Origin: an uncultured Candidatus Cloacimonadota bacterium
GTDB taxonomy: Bacteria; Cloacimonadota; Cloacimonadia; Cloacimonadales; Cloacimonadaceae
Assembly: GCA_964482845.1 (NCBI GenBank)
Contig: CAYZZE010000001.1
Coordinates: forward strand, 1-61,746
Direction of reading: 5' to 3'
DNA length: 61,746 bases
Under the pieces are notes generated by a model, which searched no databases, was not told the origin of the DNA, and saw nothing but the letters and a program-made list of their open reading frames with translations. The first letter of the stretch is position 1; each line of letters starts with the position of its first letter. A program made the translations under genes and the position numbers. Shown here piece after piece: positions 54,972 through 61,746 of this stretch.

Positions 54972-55900
54972 TGGATAGATATGCGTTGCTGACGAACGAC
55001 GTGGAAACGATGTCTTTATGGTTCAACGATTTGAGGGATGCAACAGGTGAAAAAGTACTCAAAGAGGGAATGCCCATACTCCTGGATCTCTACCGTAAGT
55101 ATAATGTCAAATCCACTTTCTTCTTTACGGGTTACATTGTGGATCTATATCCAGATGTGGTGCGCATGATACTGCATGACGGTCATGAGGTGGGATCTCA
55201 CGGTAAGTCGCATATTACTGAAAATGGCTTTGATGTAATGCCTTTTCAGAAACAGAAGGCACATTTGGATTACTCAAAAAAGCAACTTGAGGACGTATCG
55301 GGTACGGAAGTCCTATCTTTCAGGGCTCCTGCCCTGCGAGTCAGCGATCTTACCGCACGTGCCCTGATCGAGACCGGTTTCCGGATCGACAGTTCGATCG
55401 CACCGCAAAGATTCGACTTCTTTATGTCTTTTGGCAGCAAGCAGAAACTGAAGTTTCTCACTGCCAGGAGGATGCCCTACAGGACGAAAATGAATAATAT
55501 TTATGCTAGGGGAAACAGCCCCTTGGTTGAAGTTCCCATTTCCGGGATCCTGATGCCCTTTGTCGGCACCACCATGCGTATCTTTCCGTGGTCAACCCCC
55601 ATCCAGCAATTGATATCTGAGTTTGAGGCCAGGATTTATAATAAGCCAGTGGTCATGGTCGTTCACCCCAATGAATTTATCGATGAGAGTAACGAAGTCC
55701 GGGTCATCGCGCGCCGTTCGGATAACCTGGTGGACTACATCCTCAAAGACTTTCTCCGATCAAAACTCAAGATCAGGAATTTGGGCGCCGCTGCTGTTCC
55801 CCTCTATGAATCGGTCATAAAGCACTTTAGCCAGAGAAGATACGGTTTCAGCACAATGTCTGACTACGTGAGGCATCTGATTGAGACAAAAAAGGTATAA
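54968..55900 (+). CDS. Polysaccharide deacetylase (NodB homology domain)
   Basis: LTNDVE (Asp motif), KSTFFFTG, DGHEVGSHGKSH (His-His motif), FRAPALR. Confidence 0.8.
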   Translation: MMDRYALLTNDVETMSLWFNDLRDATGEKVLKEGMPILLDLYRKYNVKSTFFFTGYIVDLYPDVVRMILHDGHEVGSHGKSHITENGFDVMPFQKQKAHLDYSKKQLEDVSGTEVLSFRAPALRVSDLTARALIETGFRIDSSIAPQRFDFFMSFGSKQKLKFLTARRMPYRTKMNNIYARGNSPLVEVPISGILMPFVGTTMRIFPWSTPIQQLISEFEARIYNKPVVMVVHPNEFIDESNEVRVIARRSDNLVDYILKDFLRSKLKIRNLGAAAVPLYESVIKHFSQRRYGFSTMSDYVRHLIETKKV

Positions 55901-55905
55901 ATGAT

Positions 55906-56538
55906 ATGAAACCGCTACTCAAGATAGAAAAGCATAACATGCCTTTTCACAAGACCCGTTCATTCTTCCCCGCCCTTGCCCATGCCACTAAGGTTCATGG
56001 CTATAAGGGGTACTTGGCCCAATTACGCTTTCTTTGGGATAGATCAAAGGATCATTGGCTGCAGGTGATATCCCGGATCATGCCTTACAATGGGGTGCGG
56101 ATCAAAATGCAGCGGATGAGAGGTGTGAAAATCGGTAAGGGAGTCCATCTGGGTCCGTTGGTGACCATTGATGACGTATATCCATATTTCGTCAGTATAG
56201 AAGATGGAGCATGCATTTCGGGACAGACGTATATCATCGCCCATTCTATTCCTGATGAGTATTACAGCGATGCTACCGAGTCATTTGTCGCTCCCGTGGT
56301 GATCGGAAAAAACGTATGGCTTGCCATTAATGTGGTCATCCATCCTGGTGTGACGATTGGTCAGGGTTCGATTGTCGCTTCAGGAAGCGTGGTAACAAAA
56401 TCGATCCCACCCTTTGTCATGGCTGCTGGTGCACCGGCGACCGTAAAAAAAGACATAGCGGAAAAGGTAAGGAAGAACTACTCAGAAAAGGAATTCGATC
56501 GTATCATGACAAAGCGTAAAAAAGAATACGGATTCTGA
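55906..56538 (+). CDS. Hexapeptide-repeat acetyltransferase
   Basis: GVKIGKGVHLGPLVTID, IGKNVWLAINVVIHPGVTIGQGSIVASGSVVTKSIPP. Confidence 0.8.
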   Translation: MKPLLKIEKHNMPFHKTRSFFPALAHATKVHGYKGYLAQLRFLWDRSKDHWLQVISRIMPYNGVRIKMQRMRGVKIGKGVHLGPLVTIDDVYPYFVSIEDGACISGQTYIIAHSIPDEYYSDATESFVAPVVIGKNVWLAINVVIHPGVTIGQGSIVASGSVVTKSIPPFVMAAGAPATVKKDIAEKVRKNYSEKEFDRIMTKRKKEYGF

Positions 56539-56570
56539 AGAGCATTCATCAGATGAGTAAAGGATAGAAA

Positions 56571-57500
56571 ATGAGATTTCTTGTAACTGGCGGAGCCGGA
56601 TTTATCGGAAGCAATATTGTCTGTCGGCTGTTGAATCAAGGGCATGATGTTCGCGTATTGGACAATTTTGCCACGGGTAAGCGGGAAAACATCCTGCCCC
56701 TAATGAAAAACCCGAACCTGACGATGATAGAAGGTGATCTGCGTAGTTTTCACATTGTCCGTGATGCTGTCAAAGGAATGGATTTTGTTCTGCATCAAGG
56801 CGCTTTGCCCTCAGTACCCAGATCCATCAATGATCCCATCACTTCCAATGACGTGAATATTCTCGGGACATTGAATGTCTTGGAAGCCGCCAAGGAATTC
56901 AGGGTCAAACGCGTTGTTTGCGCTTCATCCTCGTCGATCTACGGAAATAGCGAGATATTGCCCAAAGTGGAGACGATGCCGGTCAATCCGATGTCGCCCT
57001 ATGCTCTGACCAAATATGCCCAAGAGCGATATTGCCAGATATTCTATGATCTGTATGGTCTGGAAACGGTATCACTCCGCTATTTCAATGTCTTCGGTAC
57101 TAATCAAGATCCGACCTCGCAATACAGCGCGGTGATCCCTAAGTTCATCAAATTGATCAAGAATGGTAAAAGACCGGTTATCTATGGTGACGGATCACAA
57201 TCACGCGATTTTACCTTCGTGGAAAATAACGTAGATGCCAATATTCTGGCTTGTTTTGCGGAGAAAGCGCCCGGCGAAGTGATCAATATTGCCTGTGGAG
57301 AGCGTTTTACCCTGATTGAATTGGTCACAATGATCAACAACATATTGGGAAAGGAGATCGAGCCCTATTTTGAACCAGAACGTCCCGGCGATGTCAAACA
57401 CTCGTTAGCGGATATTGATAAAGCAAGACGTATATTGGGTTATGGCGTCAGAATGGATTTCATCGAAGGACTCAAGCGGACGATCGAGTTTTATGGATAA
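56571..57500 (+). CDS. NAD-dependent nucleotide-sugar 4-epimerase (WbpP/TviC-like SDR)
   Basis: MRFLVTGGAGFIGSNI, LDNFATGKRENI, YALTKYAQE (YxxxK), RYFNVFG, GDGSQSRDFTFV. Confidence 0.85.
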   Translation: MRFLVTGGAGFIGSNIVCRLLNQGHDVRVLDNFATGKRENILPLMKNPNLTMIEGDLRSFHIVRDAVKGMDFVLHQGALPSVPRSINDPITSNDVNILGTLNVLEAAKEFRVKRVVCASSSSIYGNSEILPKVETMPVNPMSPYALTKYAQERYCQIFYDLYGLETVSLRYFNVFGTNQDPTSQYSAVIPKFIKLIKNGKRPVIYGDGSQSRDFTFVENNVDANILACFAEKAPGEVINIACGERFTLIELVTMINNILGKEIEPYFEPERPGDVKHSLADIDKARRILGYGVRMDFIEGLKRTIEFYG

Positions 57501-57520
57501 TTTCGTGATTTGGTGTTGTT

Positions 57521-57961
57521 TTGATACAGTCAAACCAAGTTAAACCATCGCCATCACGGTTGATATTTTGGCTCTGGCTCCTGCTCTTGCTGATCCTTAA
57601 TGTCATCCCCACGAAGGGTACTTTAGTAGATAAAGAGACCCGCGCCGGTTTCCGCTTTGATTATCTGACCCATTTCCTGGCATTCCTGATTTTACCCCTT
57701 GTCTATCGCTGCATACGCTATCATGGCGGCACCCTATTCACAAGCAATCAGTTGCTCAATGCTTTCGTGGTGTCAGGCATTTGCGCCACTGGCTTTGAGT
57801 ATATCCAGCATTTTTTACCATATCGCACATTCAATCCCCAGGATCTGTTTTACAATCTGGCAGGAGTGATCTTTGGTTTTACGGTCGTAGGCATCATTGA
57901 AATCTCAAGGACAAGGGATCGGCGTCCGTCGGTTCCTGATGATGCGGTGATCAACGAATGA
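57521..57961 (+). CDS. VanZ-like membrane protein
   Basis: 146 aa with 4 TM helices. F..DYLTHFLAF and FEYIQHFLPYRTFNPQDLFYNLAGV match VanZ-family motifs. TTG start as given in the ORF track; the true start is uncertain. Confidence 0.6.
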   Translation: MIQSNQVKPSPSRLIFWLWLLLLLILNVIPTKGTLVDKETRAGFRFDYLTHFLAFLILPLVYRCIRYHGGTLFTSNQLLNAFVVSGICATGFEYIQHFLPYRTFNPQDLFYNLAGVIFGFTVVGIIEISRTRDRRPSVPDDAVINE

Positions 57962-59553
57962 AACATAAGATAACCCAATACACGCTGCTTCTCCTCGATA
58001 TCCTGATCGTGGTTTTTGCCTTCCTCTTTATTGCCAAGATCAGTACGGGCACAGTGAGGATCCTGGCACGTTACAGCAGATCACTGATCCCCTTTACCAC
58101 CATCTGGATCTTTACATCCATAATAGGCGGAAAATACTCGTTCAAGACGCTGTGTTCCGGATTTGAGTATGTCCGCCGTCTTTTTTTGTGCAACACAACT
58201 GCAGTGGCGATCATCTTGGGATTGATCTTTTTTGGCAAGTTCCATTATTCGCGCTACGTCGTGTTCAGCACGATCCTCGGCGTTTCCGTCATTGAGTTGT
58301 TTCTCTTCACCGGCATCTATTATGCCTTCCGGTTTAACCGGGAAAACGCCAGTTATGCCTCCACCCGCCTGGTCACGCGTTCCGATGCTCTGGAAGACCA
58401 GCAGATGCCCCGTAATATCCTGGACGGGGACAAGCAGGTGCCCGTCCTCAGCAATGGCGCATACATACCACCATTCTCCAACGATACGGAGGAGGATGCT
58501 GTGCTGGTTCCCTTATGGCGCAAACATCTACAGGACGATGAAGCGCTCTTTGATTTCATCATTGATTACATCGATCTAACCCGATTCCAGGCTTCAAAGA
58601 CATACATCCTCAATAGCGAGACCTACTACAATATTAAGAACGAGCCGGAAAACAGCCGCCAGATATTTATCAACCTCCATCGCATCAATGATCTCCGGCG
58701 GCTAAATCTTTATTTTATTCGGGTAAATGAAATGCTGATGCCGGGAGGAGTGTTCATTTGTCGCGGACAGACGACCACTGAGCGGCGCAATCACTTTTTC
58801 CGCCGTTATACTCCATATCTCGGGGTTTTTCTCTATGGTATGGATTTCGTTATCCGGCGGGTATTCCCCAAGTTGCCCATCTTGCAGGGCTGGTATTTTG
58901 CCCTGACCAAAGGCAGAAACCGTGCCCTATCCGAGACCGAGATGTTGGGTCGTTTCTACTATTGCGGCTTTGAACTGATCCACAAGCGTGAGATAGACGG
59001 GCTGATGCATTTCATTCTCAGGAAAGTGCACGCGCCCAGCACCAATCCCAATCCTACCTACGGTCCTCTTATCCGGCTGAAGCGCATCGGTAAGGACGGC
59101 AAGGTGATCTATATCAAGAAGCTCCGCACCATGCATCCCTATTCGGAATACTTGCAAGATTATGTCTTCAAAACCAGCGCCTTGCAAGAGGGTGGCAAGT
59201 TCAAGGACGATTTCCGGGTCACCAAGTGGGGTGCTTTCCTCCGCAAGCTGTGGATCGACGAATTACCGCAATTCATCAATTTCTTCCGCGGGGATGTGAG
59301 TATGGTGGGTGTCCGTGCTCTCAGCGAACACTACTTCAACCTCTATCCCAAAGACCTGCAAGAACTCCGCATGAAAGTCAAGCCGGGACTCGTGCCACCA
59401 TTCTATGCCGATATGCCAAAGACCATTGAAGAGATTGTCGATTCCGAACGGCGATACATCCAAAGCAAACTGCAAAAGCCCTTCTCCACCGACTGGAAAT
59501 ATTTCTGGAAGGCCTTGTGGAATATCCTCTTCAAACATGCCCGGAGTAATTGA
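57958..59553 (+). CDS. Polyprenyl-phosphate glycosyl-1-phosphate transferase (bacterial sugar transferase, WbaP-like) with an extended central domain
   Basis: N-terminal TM helices. C-terminal ...KKLRTM...DFRVTKWGAFLRKLWIDELPQFINFFRGDVSMVG... is the Bac_transf core. 531 aa. Confidence 0.8.
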   Translation: MKHKITQYTLLLLDILIVVFAFLFIAKISTGTVRILARYSRSLIPFTTIWIFTSIIGGKYSFKTLCSGFEYVRRLFLCNTTAVAIILGLIFFGKFHYSRYVVFSTILGVSVIELFLFTGIYYAFRFNRENASYASTRLVTRSDALEDQQMPRNILDGDKQVPVLSNGAYIPPFSNDTEEDAVLVPLWRKHLQDDEALFDFIIDYIDLTRFQASKTYILNSETYYNIKNEPENSRQIFINLHRINDLRRLNLYFIRVNEMLMPGGVFICRGQTTTERRNHFFRRYTPYLGVFLYGMDFVIRRVFPKLPILQGWYFALTKGRNRALSETEMLGRFYYCGFELIHKREIDGLMHFILRKVHAPSTNPNPTYGPLIRLKRIGKDGKVIYIKKLRTMHPYSEYLQDYVFKTSALQEGGKFKDDFRVTKWGAFLRKLWIDELPQFINFFRGDVSMVGVRALSEHYFNLYPKDLQELRMKVKPGLVPPFYADMPKTIEEIVDSERRYIQSKLQKPFSTDWKYFWKALWNILFKHARSN

Positions 59554-59554
59554 T

Positions 59555-60072
59555 GTTCTCGCAGATTGTCGCAGATGATTTATAGAACGCAGATAGCGCA
59601 GATTCCATAAGGATGAGAGGTTAAAGTGACTGAGAATGAGATTGGCTATAAGATAAGAGGTGCCTGCTTTTCGGTTTATAATACACTGGGACCGGGATTA
59701 CTTGAAAGCACTTATGAGAAAGCACTTTTTTTGGAACTTATTTCAGGATGCAATGCCAAGACACAAGTCGCATTGAACCTTACCTATAAAGAAAAGCAAA
59801 TTGATAGTGCATATCGAATAGATTTGTTGGTAGAAGATAAAGTGATTGTTGAGATCAAATCCATCGAGTCACTAATGCCAATCCACCATAAACAATTGAT
59901 CACTTATTTAAGGCTATCGGGACTGAAACTTGGTTATCTGGTTAACTTCAATACAACCGAACTTGATAAGAACATACATAGATATGTTAACCAACTCTAA
60001 TCCTAGTAGTTACTCCATTCATTCCTTGCGCCGATCTGCGTCTTTTCAAGATCTGCGTAAATCTGCGAGAAC
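59555..60072 (+). mobile_element. GxxExxY cassette C: mini-gene boxed by inverted arms of about 48 nt built from cgcagat units
   Basis: The left arm spans 59555-59604 (gttctcgcagattgtcgcagatgatttatagaacgcagatagcgcagatt, four cgcagat units). The right arm at 60026-60072 has the reverse complement gttctcgcagatttacgcagatcttgaaaagacgcagatcggcgcaa. The left arm starts 1 nt after the upstream stop. Mobility is not demonstrated. Confidence 0.45.
59626..60000 (+). CDS. GxxExxY protein (PD-(D/E)XK fold)
   Basis: 124 aa. GTG start with SD gagagg. GLLESTY matches GxxExxY. IDLLVEDKVIVEIKS gives D...E.K. QLITYLRLSGLKLGYLVNFN tail. Confidence 0.8.
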   Translation: MTENEIGYKIRGACFSVYNTLGPGLLESTYEKALFLELISGCNAKTQVALNLTYKEKQIDSAYRIDLLVEDKVIVEIKSIESLMPIHHKQLITYLRLSGLKLGYLVNFNTTELDKNIHRYVNQL

Positions 60073-60087
60073 CCAGGAAGAAACCAA

Positions 60088-61173
60088 ATGAAAGTAGTTC
60101 AAATCGTCGGTGCCCGTCCCCAATTCGTCAAGCTCGCCCCCCTCTCCCGCGAGATCAGAAAGCGCTTCTCCGAGATCATTATCCACAGCGGTCAGCACTA
60201 TGATATCGAGATGAACGAAGTATTTTTCCGGGATATGGAGATCCCCGCGCCGGATTATAATCTCGATGTCGGATCCGGTTCACAAGCGGAACAGACCGGA
60301 CTGATCCTTGCCAAACTGGGTGACATCCTGGAACAAGAAAGACCTGATATGGTAATCGTTTATGGCGATACCAATACTACTCTGGCAGGTGCCTTGGCAG
60401 CGGTCAAATTGCATCTCCCGACCGCACATGTGGAAGCGGGACTAAGAAGTTTTAACCGCAGCATGCCGGAGGAGATCAACCGTATTGTTAGCGATCACGT
60501 TTGCGACATGCTTTTTGTCCCCACTCCGGCAGCAGTGGAAAACACCCGTCGCGAAGGGCTCGGAGACAAGTGTTTCATGGTGGGCGATATCATGGTGGAT
60601 AGCGTTCGTTACGGCTTGGAAAAAGCGAAGAACAAGATCCGTATCCTGAGTGATATGTACCTTGAACCATCGGGATATGCCCTGCTCACTTTGCATCGCC
60701 CCTACAACGTCGATGACCCCCAAAACCTCCAGCAAATTCTTGATGGATTGGACGCTTTGGGCTCTTTGATCGTTTTTCCCGTCCATCCCCGCACCCGCAA
60801 CATCATCAACACCCACATCTCAAAGTCATACAACAACATCCGCTACATCCAACCCCAAGCATACCTCGATTTCATCTGCCTGATGTCACACTCATCCATG
60901 ATCTTGACCGATTCCGGCGGCATCCAGAAAGAAGCATATATCCTCCGGAAGCCATGCATTACGTTACGCTATGAAACCGAGTGGGTCGAGACCGTCCAGA
61001 GCGGATGGAATCTGCTAATGCCTCCCAATTTTGCCGGATTTCCCGTTCAAATCACAGAATTCGTGCCACCCGTCGAGCATCCTCCCATCTTTGGTGAAGA
61101 CGTGGCAAGAAAAATCTGCGATGCCATTGCCGCCAAACTTATCGAAGATCGAACTACGCCCAGGAAGCCATAA
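60088..61173 (+). CDS. wecB: UDP-N-acetylglucosamine 2-epimerase (non-hydrolysing, WecB type)
   Basis: MKVVQIVGARPQFVKLAP, GDTNTTLAGALAA, HVEAGLRSFNRSMPEEINR, TDSGGIQKEAY. Confidence 0.9.
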   Translation: MKVVQIVGARPQFVKLAPLSREIRKRFSEIIIHSGQHYDIEMNEVFFRDMEIPAPDYNLDVGSGSQAEQTGLILAKLGDILEQERPDMVIVYGDTNTTLAGALAAVKLHLPTAHVEAGLRSFNRSMPEEINRIVSDHVCDMLFVPTPAAVENTRREGLGDKCFMVGDIMVDSVRYGLEKAKNKIRILSDMYLEPSGYALLTLHRPYNVDDPQNLQQILDGLDALGSLIVFPVHPRTRNIINTHISKSYNNIRYIQPQAYLDFICLMSHSSMILTDSGGIQKEAYILRKPCITLRYETEWVETVQSGWNLLMPPNFAGFPVQITEFVPPVEHPPIFGEDVARKICDAIAAKLIEDRTTPRKP

Positions 61174-61290
61174 TTCATGAATAAAACTCCTCTACATCGT
61201 CTCATCTTCATCGTCTTGTTATCATTACCCCTTCTGGCATCGGGCATTTTTGACCGGAAGACCCTCTCCATCGAATACTCTACCAAGCGC

Positions 61291-61600
61291 GTTGCACATA
61301 CGGGAATCACCAAATATCGAGAACGTGAAAAAACAATAGCGTCTTTCCTTCCAGCGCAGTCAGTAATAACTAAGGATTATGCCTGTCAGATAATTTGGAT
61401 ACTCGTTGAATCCCCCGCTCTGAGTTATTCAACGGTCTCAAGAAGGTTAGATTCAAGCGGAATAGTGCTCTCTCCTGAACGCTCCCTGCTTCATAACCTT
61501 AGTATAACCTTACGGTCGTAAGGTTATACTAAGGTTATACTAAGGTTATCAAGCAAGGAGGATAGTTGTAAGTCAACTCTCTGAATTAGTCGACGACCGT
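61291..61600 (+). repeat. Composite intergenic repeat, copy 6 (M1-M2-hairpin-M3)
   Basis: gttgcacatacgggaatcaccaaatatcgagaacgtgaaaaaac... is collinear with copy 2. The hairpin spans 61481-61562. M3 is tagttgtaagtcaactctctgaattagtcgacg. Confidence 0.85.
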
Positions 61601-61689
61601 TTGCCGTATGTTACCAAGATGGCGGGGAACTGGATGCCTGGAAGGTCTTGGAAACTATGGAGACCCACCGTCGTTTCGGGGAAGGACTG

Positions 61690-61746
61690 ACCAAGACCGT
61701 TGCACATAGGGGTATCACCGGCTTCAGCCGGTCGTTGCACTGACTT
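61690..61746 (+). repeat. Partial M1-type module running off the window end
   Basis: accgttgcacataggggtatcaccggcttcagccggtcgttgcactgactt is the reverse complement of 22566-22641 minus one 22-nt unit. Confidence 0.7.

Noticed and set aside
34658-60087. GxxExxY cassettes, considered as integron gene cassettes with attC sites
   Set aside because: No intI-like tyrosine recombinase and no attI were seen. The arms flank the ORF on both sides, whereas an attC forms a single 3' site. I could not see the RYYYAAC/GTTRRRY core sites. The cassettes are dispersed among operon genes and do not form an array.
10476-61600. Recurring palindromic repeat, considered as a CRISPR array
   Set aside because: Copies are 5-22 kb apart and lie in both orientations. 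They are embedded in longer shared flanks and separated by ordinary genes. There is no regular repeat-spacer periodicity, and no cas genes are present in the window.

Overview
61.7-kb bacterial window, mid-40s % GC by eye (not computed). The gene content resembles an FCB-group or Cloacimonadota-like organism that uses type IX secretion; this taxonomic guess is inference only.

Gene order:
- efp.
- Two giant T9SS-sorted peptidase-like proteins (an M6-like protein with a degenerate zinc site and an S8 subtilase) flanking a PorV/PorQ-like barrel.
- tpx.
- A CsoR-headed operon ending in a MacB-type ABC exporter.
- A minus-strand envelope block: beta-propeller T9SS protein, WecA/MraY-like transferase, GT4, deacetylase-like protein.
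- Methionine gamma-lyase.
- A surface-polysaccharide locus of about 37 kb (24.5-61.2 kb), Wzx/Wzy type. It carries a LegB/LegC-like 4-amino-sugar module, a complete FnlA/B/C (CapE/F/G) L-FucNAc module, many GT2/GT4 genes, two CapK-like ligases, acetyltransferases, deacetylases and a WbaP-like priming transferase.

Two layers of structure are not explained by ordinary annotation.

(1) Three small PD-(D/E)XK GxxExxY genes sit in intergenic gaps of the sugar operons.
- Each is boxed by its own inverted arms, and each arm is built from roughly 9-nt tandem units.
- A fourth arm pair of the same type has no gene inside.
- One solo arm lies in frame inside fnlB/capF.
- A weaker in-frame repeat tract lies inside the legC-like gene; it may be an arm of a further type.
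- This is the best candidate here for an undescribed system.

(2) A modular intergenic repeat of about 300 bp, centred on an 82-nt near-perfect hairpin, occurs 6-7 times. One copy carries a nested 243-bp segment bounded by a 12-bp inverted repeat.

No rRNA, tRNA, CRISPR array, transposase, integrase or reverse transcriptase was recognised. All repeat coordinates were read by eye and may be off by a few nt. No database search or folding was run.
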